The notes under the pieces were generated by a model, which ran no database searches, had not been told where the DNA came from, and was given only the letters and a program-made list of their open reading frames with translations. Positions 35,492 to 45,139 of a stretch of 64,000 bases of DNA are shown in pieces (position 1 is the stretch's first letter; every line of letters starts with the position of its first letter). The position numbers and the translations under genes are program-made. The stretch is from IMG/VR virus record IMGVR_UViG_3300050821_009856, positions 22,248-86,247 of that record; one strand, 5' to 3'. Source of the DNA: a virus.

Positions 35492-35920
35492 CCCTTGGTC
35501 AGGCCTGAGGATCTCATTACGATAGCTCAAGCCCTTGAAGGTCATCGAGCCCTGAACTACACCGCCGGCCTCGGCTCCCCAGTTCTCATTCACGACAGAG
35601 CAGTATCTGGCTTCGAAAATCAGGGTCTGGGTAACAACTTCCTTCAGCTGGACCGTGAAGAACATGGCGTGTGGGATATCGGCAAAGGCAAACCCAGCCC
35701 CAGCCCCTTGAGCGCCACCATCAAGGCGTGTTCGCCAGACGCCGATGTCCCCCTGAACGCTGACCGCCTGGGGCATGAAGTCGTAGGCCTCGACGCTGTC
35801 CAGGCCGTGGATCTCCCGTTGTGGAGTTGTAGGGCTCCACCGGAAGGACTTTACCTGGCCGTAGGAGCGGCCGTTGATGTAGCAGACGACACTTGCTCCT
35901 ACGATGGTTTGCTGAGGCAT
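35489..35920 (-). CDS. tail tube-like protein
   Basis: CYING..GQVKSF..EIHGLDS..VQGSMTFKG, a tube-fold pattern. Confidence 0.65.
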   Translation of the reverse strand: MPQQTIVGASVVCYINGRSYGQVKSFRWSPTTPQREIHGLDSVEAYDFMPQAVSVQGDIGVWRTRLDGGAQGAGAGFAFADIPHAMFFTVQLKEVVTQTLIFEARYCSVVNENWGAEAGGVVQGSMTFKGLSYRNEILRPDQG

Positions 35921-38900
35921 TACGTTACCCTCGCTGTAGCTACTTCGACATCCACGTCGTCACCACTCCAGATTTCTACTCTGTCGCTAAGCTTGGTCGA
36001 GCCATGGGTCGGGAAGCCACCACCACCGAGTCCCCTGTCACCAGGGTAGACGATGGTCTCAACTAGGTTCAAGCCGGCAGCCACAGAGGCGGCGATGCTC
36101 GATTCCGCGGCCACTCGTGCAGACGCTGTATCGGTCAGGTAGAAGCTTCCCGTCTGTTGTGGTGCTGGCGGAGTCCACGGCCCCTTCTGCACGAGGAGAA
36201 TCACGGAAGATCCAGATGGGATATCGACCGGGAAGACAGTTGTGTAATCCAGGGCGAGGGTGGCGTTGTCGATAAGGCCTGTGTAGTACACCGGGTAGGT
36301 CTGTGCAGAGGTACCGAAACCCAGGACCAGCCAGCCAGGTGCGTCAGGGAATCCGACGGAAGATCCAACGCCAAGGCTAGCGTAGTGCTGCTTCGCCCGT
36401 ATAGAGACAGTCGTAGTCGTAGAGACGTTGCCGATCGCCGGGTCTCCCTTGGAGTCCCAGGTGTACGGTCCAAGCTGGCCGATAGCGGCCGGTTGCTCGT
36501 TCACCGGAGTCAGGGTGGGAGTTCCAACCGCGGCCGCATAGGAGGCCGTTCTCTCTACGGTCTGGAAGGTCAGGGTGGTGCCGTTGGGGGCAGTGGCCAC
36601 AACTTGCATGGCGTTCAAGCCACCGCCACTGATTTGGTCGCCAGCCGGCTGGAACACATCCACGTCCTTGACAGCAGAGGCGCTGACGGTCCCACCGGCG
36701 TAGGCCACCAGGTTGCCGTTCAGTAAGGCCGAGCCACCCAGAGTTCGAGAGAACCCTTCCACAGACGGCGGGGCCATCCAGGTTCTTGTAGCTACATCGA
36801 AATAGTCGACGGCTGTCGATCCACCGAACACAATCACCTTGTTGCTGGCACTCAGGTACAGGGCGTGTGTGTCGCTACGAGCTAGGGACTGGGCACCAAC
36901 CGCCGACCATCGACCGGTGCTGTAATCATACAGTTCGGCCACGGCAATGTTCAGTACAGGGAAGGCTGGCTGGGAAGCGTTGTAGCCTAGTCCACCAACA
37001 ACCAAGACTTTGTCGCCAGGCAGCCAGGCCGCCACGTGCCCAGATCTAGCGAAAATCATATTCCCAGTCTGAACAGTTTTGTTACCAACTGCATCGTAAA
37101 TCTCACAGAGCTGCGTTGGAGTTGCCGCAGAATTCGTATAGCCACCGATCAGCAGCAGTTTCCCGTCAGACATCAACACGGCCTGATGGCTGGCCCGGGG
37201 GGTCAGCATGGCCTGACTGCCAGTTGCCCAGGCTCCGCCACCCACTGAAGGAGTGAAGAACTCGACAGACGACACCGGAGTTCCGCCGACAGACGAGATA
37301 CCTCCGGTGACAGCTATGCGATTATCTACCAGGGTAGTCTCGGTGTGCAGCCGACGCGCCACAGACATCGGGATGTTTGCGCTCCAGCTGTTACCGGCCA
37401 CGTTGTAGATGTAGGCGTTCGTGAAAGAGCCGGCCCCGGCATAGCCACCTGTCAGCAGGACGTTGCCCCCTTGATTGGCATCGGTCAGTACCGAAGCCTG
37501 GTGCTGGGAGACGGCATTCGGGACCGCCGCGGCTGAAGTCAATGTGTACGTGTACTGAGTGCCGCCGTTGGCCTGAACTGCAGAGCCAGTGATGGCGATC
37601 AGGCGGGCGTCCGTATCGTAGGATGCACCTGTGTAGCCACCGGTTACCAGGACCTTGCCGTTCTGGAGTGACGTAGCGACACAGTTGGTCGACAGGTTGC
37701 CGGGCATGTTCCCGAGGTTAGTCCAGATACTAATCGGGCTGGCATTAGTAGTTGAGGAGCCGTTGCCAGTAACAACGGCTGGGGGCGTGGAGGCTGGCAC
37801 TTCTCCATCCAGGAAGAACCACTGATTGGCGACCAGACCGTGGGGCGTGGAGGTCGTTGCCGTGACAGTGCCCCCTGGCTGCCGAATGACAGACGAGAAA
37901 TTAACGGATGGCTGGACAACTGCATAGGCGCCACTGTTTGGGCCGCGGCTGACAGCGATGGTCGTAGTCGGCAGCTGTACATCAACTTCGTTGGCCTTGG
38001 TAGACGACACCGATACGAAGGCGCCGAGGCTGACTGCATCGAGGGCCGACCTGGAGGTGAGGCTCTCAATCTGCGGCCGGAAGAACATCATGTCTGAGGA
38101 AGCGACGATGCTGACGCTACCCTGGCTGACGGAGTTGCTGTTGAGCGTCTCGAAGAACTGTGTCAGGACACCACCGACGACGCGGACGTCGACATTCGTG
38201 ACCGCCAACGTTCCCTGATTGAGAACGTTGAAGTTCGCCCCAAAGACGTTCACGTAGTCGCCGACCTGCAGTAGCAGCAGGTTAGTGGTAGTCACGTTGC
38301 TCGTCAGCGTGTATCTCAGGACTCCAGGGGCAGACGCAGCAACTGCCCAGAAGTCACCAGCCCGAGCCTGGGTGATGAGGGTCGGGAACTGTAGGACGTT
38401 CTGGGCTTCACCACCAGTGACTGCTAAGTTGCCACCCAGCCCTAGCGCACCGCTGTAGATCCGCACCAGGTTCAGGCCCGTATTCGGATCCAGGTAGGCC
38501 AGAGCGTAAGCCTCGGAGTCGTTCAGCTCCAACCACCTGGTGATGACTGCGGCAACCTCGATGGCTTTGGCGGCTGCCACGTTTGTGTAGTCAGAAGATT
38601 TGATGGGGACCGTTATGGCCTGCCCGTCTGCCTTTAGGGTGAGCGTCCATCCATTCTGTAGGGCGAACGGCTCTCCTACGGTTGTCGTGATATGCGCTCT
38701 GCAGCTGTCCTGACCGTAGTAGGCGTTCAGAATGTCTAAGAGTGCCTCGGATACAACCTTGCGGTTCGTCAGCTTCAGGCCCAGCTGTCGGTAGGCGCTG
38801 TCGCCGAGGCCGACATTGACGGGCCGTTGCAACCCGTAGTCGGACATCCGGCGATCCAGATAGACACCAGATGCTGTTGACCGGTAGAGCTGGTTGGCGA

Positions 38901-39378
38901 CTAGTTCGGCGTTGTTGAAGTTATTGCTATCCCCCGCGGCCAAGGCCGCAATGAGCCCCTCGTTGTTGATGCCATCGAGGGCGTCAGGCCAGTGCTTCGT
39001 CAGTACAGCTTCTGCATCGTCGCCGATAGCTCCCGGATTTAGTGGCTCGCCGATGTTGATCGGTGGCACCCAAGTGAAGGCCACGATGGCTGGAGCCTGG
39101 ACGGCAACTCCATCGGGGGTTGTAACATTGATGGCCGACACCAGCCAGGAGCCAGACGGCAGTGCCGTAGGCAGAGCTAAGTAGAGGCTCCTGGCGTCAC
39201 CGCTGACTGTCGAGACAAATAGGACACGAACACTACCGGGCCCTGTCAGACTCCAGTTCTGAGGATTTAGGCCATCCTTGGTTCCTGCTGGGTTCAGCTG
39301 TAGAACAGGGACACTGAAGCTCACCTTGACGGTGAAGCCTTTGTTCAGAACCGTTGCTGATTGGAGGACTGCCGCCAT
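35920..39378 (-). CDS. baseplate wedge protein with inserted Kelch beta-propeller
   Basis: TASGVYLDR..YGLQRP..DSAYR wedge motif; about 7 Kelch repeats (NGKVLVTGGY, DGKLLLIGGY, etc.). Confidence 0.75.
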   Translation of the reverse strand: MAAVLQSATVLNKGFTVKVSFSVPVLQLNPAGTKDGLNPQNWSLTGPGSVRVLFVSTVSGDARSLYLALPTALPSGSWLVSAINVTTPDGVAVQAPAIVAFTWVPPINIGEPLNPGAIGDDAEAVLTKHWPDALDGINNEGLIAALAAGDSNNFNNAELVANQLYRSTASGVYLDRRMSDYGLQRPVNVGLGDSAYRQLGLKLTNRKVVSEALLDILNAYYGQDSCRAHITTTVGEPFALQNGWTLTLKADGQAITVPIKSSDYTNVAAAKAIEVAAVITRWLELNDSEAYALAYLDPNTGLNLVRIYSGALGLGGNLAVTGGEAQNVLQFPTLITQARAGDFWAVAASAPGVLRYTLTSNVTTTNLLLLQVGDYVNVFGANFNVLNQGTLAVTNVDVRVVGGVLTQFFETLNSNSVSQGSVSIVASSDMMFFRPQIESLTSRSALDAVSLGAFVSVSSTKANEVDVQLPTTTIAVSRGPNSGAYAVVQPSVNFSSVIRQPGGTVTATTSTPHGLVANQWFFLDGEVPASTPPAVVTGNGSSTTNASPISIWTNLGNMPGNLSTNCVATSLQNGKVLVTGGYTGASYDTDARLIAITGSAVQANGGTQYTYTLTSAAAVPNAVSQHQASVLTDANQGGNVLLTGGYAGAGSFTNAYIYNVAGNSWSANIPMSVARRLHTETTLVDNRIAVTGGISSVGGTPVSSVEFFTPSVGGGAWATGSQAMLTPRASHQAVLMSDGKLLLIGGYTNSAATPTQLCEIYDAVGNKTVQTGNMIFARSGHVAAWLPGDKVLVVGGLGYNASQPAFPVLNIAVAELYDYSTGRWSAVGAQSLARSDTHALYLSASNKVIVFGGSTAVDYFDVATRTWMAPPSVEGFSRTLGGSALLNGNLVAYAGGTVSASAVKDVDVFQPAGDQISGGGLNAMQVVATAPNGTTLTFQTVERTASYAAAVGTPTLTPVNEQPAAIGQLGPYTWDSKGDPAIGNVSTTTTVSIRAKQHYASLGVGSSVGFPDAPGWLVLGFGTSAQTYPVYYTGLIDNATLALDYTTVFPVDIPSGSSVILLVQKGPWTPPAPQQTGSFYLTDTASARVAAESSIAASVAAGLNLVETIVYPGDRGLGGGGFPTHGSTKLSDRVEIWSGDDVDVEVATARVT

Positions 39379-39406
39379 GAGGAGGACCTTAGACTACGGT
39401 ACTGCT

Positions 39407-39413
39407 AAGATTG
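39407..39413 (-). promoter_or_regulatory. YAATCTT putative late promoter
   Basis: intergenic, upstream of the ATG at 39378. Confidence 0.6.
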
Positions 39414-39418
39414 GGGCC

Positions 39419-42400
39419 TCAGGTGTTGCTGAGGCTAACCAGCACGTCTGTCGTGAGGTTCAAGATCAGGGGCTTCTCGAACGGCTGGACCGCAATTTTC
39501 GAGCTGCCAGAGGCAAACGTTGGGCTAATCCAGGTGACAGCCGTGACGCCAGGCACCGACCGAGCCGCGGAGATCAAGGCTGCGATATCCACACTCTGGC
39601 CGACGCCGGTGTTGTTGATGACCGCGGCAACCACAGACTGGACACGATTGATGACGTCTTGCTGGTTCTGCGTGTTGGCTGCGATTTCGATGCTCAGAGA
39701 CACCTGCAGGCGCCGGACGTTCGGGCCACTGATGTTCACCAGGGCACCTGCGGCCACGATGCCGGGGTAAGTAGAGGAGTCCGCCTCAACACCGTAGGCG
39801 ACCCGGTTGGCCTCAGCGATGAGGCCAGTCGAATACCGATATCCGTCGATCCCCTGAACCAGAGCCGTGGAGAAGTTGAGCTTGTCCAGGGGGGAGATGA
39901 CGGTGCCTGCAATGGTGCCGATGCCGGTGTAGCCCTGGGCGCTGGTGAACTTGATATCGTAGTACAGGCCATTGGCCGCTGAGGGGCTGACGCTTTGGAC
40001 TTTCTTGATGAGCGACGACGGAGCACCCTCGAAGTCCTGGAACAGAGAGAAGGACGTACCAAGGGTCACAGGGCCCGTAAAGTTCGCCGCGGTTCTGCCC
40101 GCGGCATTCAGGGTCACCTGCTTCACGTTGCCTGTGTTGATGCTAGAAACGGTCCAGGCTCCCTGGTTAGCGGTGCCGATGAGACTGCTGCCGATGACCA
40201 TCGTATCGCCAGGCAGGACAGAGCCGTTAGCGATGAACAATAGGTTCGCAGTAGCTCGCTGCTCAACGAGGTTCGGGTTCTCGAACCAGAAGACGTTGTT
40301 AACGCCATCGATACGGACGATACGGAAGGTCCCGAGGTTGGATGCACTAGCAGTACCGCCGCTAATTGTCACGTAGTCGCCCTCTTGGACGCCGGTGATG
40401 CTTGGGGCTCCACCAATGCCATCCCAGGCGAAGGCTACGAAGTTGCCCCACTTCTCGATCTGCCAGGTGAAGCCATTCACTGGCGCAGCACCGCTGTTGG
40501 CGTAGTTCCAGAAGTTCGTGGAGGACGTGCCATCGAGAGTCAGGGTGGCCGCCACACCAGCAACGGTCAGGTTGTTGATGACTGTCGTGGCGGTGAAGAC
40601 TGGCTTGGCCACAGGAGCGCTATTCTTCAGGCGGCACCACATGCGACCGCGGATCCCAATCGCATCCTGGCTGCGGACCTGTACGAGAGCGTATGTTCCG
40701 GCAATCGAAGAGCCGCTGCCAACCACGGAGGCGCCCACGCTGTTGGCGAGACCGCCCTGGACCTGGACAGACCCAGAGCTGCCGGCCGTCCTGGTGGCAA
40801 CCTGAAAATCGTCTCCGGCACCGGCTGTTCCGATGCTGGCTACAGTTCCGAGCCCGGTAACGCCTGGCGTGTTCAACCAGTCCACGATGTTCTGAGCCTT
40901 CACGGGGACCAGACGGACGTCCTCGTTCAGCCAGTCGCTGTTCGTGGCCAGAGTGGCGGTTACAGCTTCTTTGAAGGTGAACTGGTAGTTGTGCGATGTG
41001 TCTACGGGGTTTACTTGTGACTGCACCCAGTTGATGCCGTCTGACAGCTGGTACGTTTTGCTCGGCAGCTGAAACTCGTCCCAGCTGGCTTCTGCGATGA
41101 CGCCGCTGGTGTCGGCGCCGGTACCGACAGCCACAGCCGTCAGAGGATCCGTCGGATTGGCCGTCGCCTGCAGGGCGTTGACTGCCGTGGCGATAGAGGT
41201 GATGGCGTTGGCGCTGCCACTGGTCTTCACCGGGAAGAAGGACAGGTACGTGGCTTGGTTCAGAGGATACCAAGTCAGGGTCGTGGATGGAGCGATGCCA
41301 CCGATGCCAACGGCCACCCAGAATTGATTACCGAACGAGGTGATACGAACGGGCTGCTCGTAGGGTGCCGGCAATCCACCGGTAGGCAGAATCGATGCGA
41401 TGTCGTTGGTGTTGACGGTCGAACCTTGAAGCGTAGCCGCGGCGGTATCGAAGCTGATGGTTCCGGGGCTGGCATCCGGACCTGCATTAGCTCCACTGTC
41501 GGCGTAGCTGACGGTTGTCGCCGTAGAACCAGTGAGGGTGTACGTGCCTGACGGGAAGTTGACGTCCGTGGAAGCCAAGAAAATCTTGTTGCCTGCCACC
41601 AGGCCGTTGTTGGCCACTGAGCCCGGGAGGGTCACGGTGAGGGTGGTGGTTCCGGCCGACCGAGTAGCTGAGGACACGGTGAAGCCGAGGACGTAGGTCA
41701 AGGTCTGAATGCTACCTGGGCCGTTCTGGGCAATGACGCCGATCTGCGTAGACGGATGGACAGTGACCCCAGTCCTGGCTGCGTCCGAGGGGAGCGCGAC
41801 ATAGACTTGAACGTTGCCATCGATGGCGTCGTTGGTCGTAACTGCCACAGGCTGGTTGGCGATCGACGGGTAGATGTACCGGACGTTCGCGTTGTTGCCA
41901 CTGGGCCCTTGCCGGAACCACCGCCACAAGACGGTCTTGTTGGTGTCTCCCGATTCGTTGTGCGACTTGGTTCTAGCCTTCATCCAGACCGCGAAGTCCA
42001 CGAAGTTGAAACTCAGTCCGAAAGCCACGCCGAGGCTGAGCCCTGTATTGTCGGTGTCCGTGAAGAGGTTTGTAGATCCGTAGGTGCTGGTAGTAGGCGA
42101 CACCTTTCTACGCATCAGGACATCGTACTTTTTCTGCTGCGTATCCTGGTCGATGAGTACGGCAAAATCGTCGTCCGGGCCAATCGCGTAGGGCGAAGCC
42201 ATGTAGACCCGCTCATTGACCAGGAACTCCTGGAGGGCAGCTTGCTCCGTGGTGAAGGTCGTGCCACTGATGAGGGAGATCGGCGAGTGGAACCCGGCAT
42301 TGGACCAACGGTCGTCTGGAAGCCCACTGTCTGGATCCGGGAGAGGTCGCAGGAACCGCACCTGGTGGCCACTGTCCGCTCCGGCCGTAGAACCGGTGGT

Positions 42401-45082
42401 GAACTGGGTCGTCGATGCTACAGACGACAGACTGGTGATTTGGAACTCTGGGGTTCCCCATTCCCAACTGCCACTGCCCCCACCGGCCTCTTGGCTACCG
42501 AGGTGTGAGTTTCGGTTCTGAACGTAGGACGTAGTGGTGAAGCCAATCGGAACAGCCGCGGCAGTTTGAGCAACCAGGGCGACGTCGCCGTCGGTGTCGA
42601 AGTCGTTGGTGTTAACCCGCACACTGGTCGTCTTGTAGACGTAGGCGTTGACGCCTCGTAGGCCGGCGGCGTTGAAGGCTGACGCCAAGCTGGAGGCAGT
42701 GTAGGGGTTCCCACCAGTACCAAAGCTCACGGGCTGGACGCGTCCGAGGGTTCTGGCGATGGTGATTCCACCCTGGGTGAGGCTCACTCCCCCCACAGTC
42801 CAGGCTGGGTCTTCTGGCCGCTCAATGTCGATGAACGTGGAACCTGCATCTACGTTTACGACGCGCCAGGATCCTAAGTTAGCAGCCGCGATGGCCGTAT
42901 CCCAGAAGATGGCCCAGTCACCAATGAGGGTGTTGCTGAAGGGTGTGCCGCTACTGGCGGTGATTCTTACCCTATCTCCCCAGGTGGTCTCGGGGGTCGC
43001 GATGTAGTTGGACCAGGTGAAGGTCTGGCCGGCGACAATACCTGTCGAGATGATGGAGGCTCGGCCATCCACGACAAACCAGAGGGTAGCACCTGCAGCC
43101 AGAGTCAGTGGCGCCGTAATCGGAGCCGACTGGAGGAAGCCGCGAGTGTTGACAGTTCCGCAAGCCAGTGTGTCGTTGGCAGACAGGACGTTCGTCAGGC
43201 CGATCTGTCCGGTGTTGCGATTCAGCGTGTAGTCGGACGGAGCGCCTTTGACGCTGGTGACGGAGAACATCCCGTTGGCCACCAAGGTGCCGCTGAGGAT
43301 GGAGATGGCGGCCCTACCATTGGGCCCAAGGTTGGACGTCAGGACGATGGAGCTGCCGCTGATTGAAGCTGTTACGCCGGCCAATCTGGCATTGAAAACT
43401 GTTACCCACGACGCTAAACTGTTAGAACTGGCGACTGTCGTGTAGCCGGTGTTATTATTGATGAAATCTGCGTTCGTAAAAGTATAGGTGTACGAGGGGT
43501 TCGAACCCGTGGGAGCGCTACCGTCGAAGGCAAGCGTGCTGTCTACCTGGAGGACCAAGGTAGCCGGGTTCGTCATCGAGGCAGCCCACAGACCTTGGGG
43601 GGCAGATGTGATGGCCGCGGTGCTGCCGTCCTTGTTCAAGAGCAGGTCATTGCGGTACAGCCGCATTGTAGTGACTTGGCCGGCACTGAATCCGAACGCC
43701 GCATTGGCATCAGTCCCGACGGCCGGCGGCAGCACCTGGACAGCCTCGTTGGTGTCGGTTCGAGCGAAGATCGTAACGAGGTTGCCGAGGGGGCTGCTGG
43801 TCAGGCGTGCACTGAACTGAATGGCGGCATCGCTGTTGATGCTCGCCACAACCTCGTAGGCAGTGGCAGCGCCAGGGGTTTTGAAGTCCGTGGTCTGGAA
43901 GGTGTGCTGATACAGAACTCCGCCGACCTGAACGGCCAGGATGGCGCCACCGAAGAGCGAGAATGGCTCTGCGACAGTCGACGTCACGATGGCTTTGGCT
44001 ACAGGTTCGTTGGCTACCTGGAAGTACTGCTCCCCACCGTTGGCCGCTTGGGTCAGGGTCTCAATGGCGACGCCACTGGTCTGCTCTTGGTAGCCGGTGC
44101 CATCGTCGATGTACAGGGTGGTTGGAGCGCCTTGCGGAGCCACAACGACCGCAGACAGGACCGTCTTGTTTTCGTCTGGTGAGGTGATACCGAGGATGCC
44201 GGTCGTAATGGCCAGGGGCGTACCCAAGCTCCGGCTCGCACGGGTGTTGCGGATCAACTCCCGATAGGTGTCGTCGTCAGCCGTGGGAAGTGCATTGCTG
44301 ATGGCTGCCGGGTTGAGAACCGTGGCAGTCGAGAAGGGCTTCGTGGCCCAACTGTTGATTGCCTGGTAGGCGACGTTCCCGGTGGTTCCCTGGACCTGAC
44401 AAACGACTGGAACGCCGGTGATGAGGTTCTCTCCATCAGGGACAGTCACGGCGTACAGGGTGGCGAACGTAACGGCCGTCAGGACGCTTCCTTGTGCGGT
44501 CTGGCAGATGCTACCGGCAGCGACGACCCGATTGCCACCCTGGGCAACGATGACTGGCTCGTTGACGTTGTGGAAAAGCTGGGTGCCACCACTGAGGGTC
44601 AGGTACCAGAAGGTCCCCGACTGCGTCTTGGAGCTGTAGCCGAGAGGGCCTTCGTAGTTGACGGTACCGCGGCCGATGTAGACGTTGCCTGAGGCGGGGA
44701 ACTGGGAGGCGTCGGATACGTACAGCTTCGTGGTGCCAATGATTGGTGCCGCCTGGCCAGCATAGATTTTCGAGCTGATTTTCTGAAAACTACTATCCCC
44801 GACGTTGACGAAGCCCGAAGAGAAGGTAGCCCCAGGCCGCGGTACGTCATCGTCGTTGCCAAGCTTGTCCAGGGACGGCCCGGTCGCTCGATCAAGCCCC
44901 AAAGAGTTCAGCGTCCCGAAAAGGTCCTGAGTGGACCGGAAGTCAGAGATGGCGCTGGCCTCGACAATGCTCAGAACTGGAGATCCGACCTTCAGAGCCG
45001 GGATGCCAGTCCGCGCCTCGAAGGCATTCAGCTGGTCTTCGATGATCTGCGGGATCGACCTAGGGATTGGGATGAGGGCCAT
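39419..45082 (-). CDS. large baseplate J/gp6-like wedge protein
   Basis: ATGPSLDKLG..R; G..GNV; DDDTYRELIR; C-terminal INNTGVGQSV..VPGV, with a large central insertion. Confidence 0.8.
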   Translation of the reverse strand: MALIPIPRSIPQIIEDQLNAFEARTGIPALKVGSPVLSIVEASAISDFRSTQDLFGTLNSLGLDRATGPSLDKLGNDDDVPRPGATFSSGFVNVGDSSFQKISSKIYAGQAAPIIGTTKLYVSDASQFPASGNVYIGRGTVNYEGPLGYSSKTQSGTFWYLTLSGGTQLFHNVNEPVIVAQGGNRVVAAGSICQTAQGSVLTAVTFATLYAVTVPDGENLITGVPVVCQVQGTTGNVAYQAINSWATKPFSTATVLNPAAISNALPTADDDTYRELIRNTRASRSLGTPLAITTGILGITSPDENKTVLSAVVVAPQGAPTTLYIDDGTGYQEQTSGVAIETLTQAANGGEQYFQVANEPVAKAIVTSTVAEPFSLFGGAILAVQVGGVLYQHTFQTTDFKTPGAATAYEVVASINSDAAIQFSARLTSSPLGNLVTIFARTDTNEAVQVLPPAVGTDANAAFGFSAGQVTTMRLYRNDLLLNKDGSTAAITSAPQGLWAASMTNPATLVLQVDSTLAFDGSAPTGSNPSYTYTFTNADFINNNTGYTTVASSNSLASWVTVFNARLAGVTASISGSSIVLTSNLGPNGRAAISILSGTLVANGMFSVTSVKGAPSDYTLNRNTGQIGLTNVLSANDTLACGTVNTRGFLQSAPITAPLTLAAGATLWFVVDGRASIISTGIVAGQTFTWSNYIATPETTWGDRVRITASSGTPFSNTLIGDWAIFWDTAIAAANLGSWRVVNVDAGSTFIDIERPEDPAWTVGGVSLTQGGITIARTLGRVQPVSFGTGGNPYTASSLASAFNAAGLRGVNAYVYKTTSVRVNTNDFDTDGDVALVAQTAAAVPIGFTTTSYVQNRNSHLGSQEAGGGSGSWEWGTPEFQITSLSSVASTTQFTTGSTAGADSGHQVRFLRPLPDPDSGLPDDRWSNAGFHSPISLISGTTFTTEQAALQEFLVNERVYMASPYAIGPDDDFAVLIDQDTQQKKYDVLMRRKVSPTTSTYGSTNLFTDTDNTGLSLGVAFGLSFNFVDFAVWMKARTKSHNESGDTNKTVLWRWFRQGPSGNNANVRYIYPSIANQPVAVTTNDAIDGNVQVYVALPSDAARTGVTVHPSTQIGVIAQNGPGSIQTLTYVLGFTVSSATRSAGTTTLTVTLPGSVANNGLVAGNKIFLASTDVNFPSGTYTLTGSTATTVSYADSGANAGPDASPGTISFDTAAATLQGSTVNTNDIASILPTGGLPAPYEQPVRITSFGNQFWVAVGIGGIAPSTTLTWYPLNQATYLSFFPVKTSGSANAITSIATAVNALQATANPTDPLTAVAVGTGADTSGVIAEASWDEFQLPSKTYQLSDGINWVQSQVNPVDTSHNYQFTFKEAVTATLATNSDWLNEDVRLVPVKAQNIVDWLNTPGVTGLGTVASIGTAGAGDDFQVATRTAGSSGSVQVQGGLANSVGASVVGSGSSIAGTYALVQVRSQDAIGIRGRMWCRLKNSAPVAKPVFTATTVINNLTVAGVAATLTLDGTSSTNFWNYANSGAAPVNGFTWQIEKWGNFVAFAWDGIGGAPSITGVQEGDYVTISGGTASASNLGTFRIVRIDGVNNVFWFENPNLVEQRATANLLFIANGSVLPGDTMVIGSSLIGTANQGAWTVSSINTGNVKQVTLNAAGRTAANFTGPVTLGTSFSLFQDFEGAPSSLIKKVQSVSPSAANGLYYDIKFTSAQGYTGIGTIAGTVISPLDKLNFSTALVQGIDGYRYSTGLIAEANRVAYGVEADSSTYPGIVAAGALVNISGPNVRRLQVSLSIEIAANTQNQQDVINRVQSVVAAVINNTGVGQSVDIAALISAARSVPGVTAVTWISPTFASGSSKIAVQPFEKPLILNLTTDVLVSLSNT

Positions 45083-45124
45083 CAGGGAACTCCGGCCGGC
45101 GGTTCAGACGGCCGCTTCGGTCAG

Positions 45125-45131
45125 AAGATTG
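45125..45131 (-). promoter_or_regulatory. YAATCTT putative late promoter
   Basis: intergenic; the context GGCGACAATCTT is shared with the 32025 copy. Confidence 0.6.
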
Positions 45132-45139
45132 TCGCCGGC

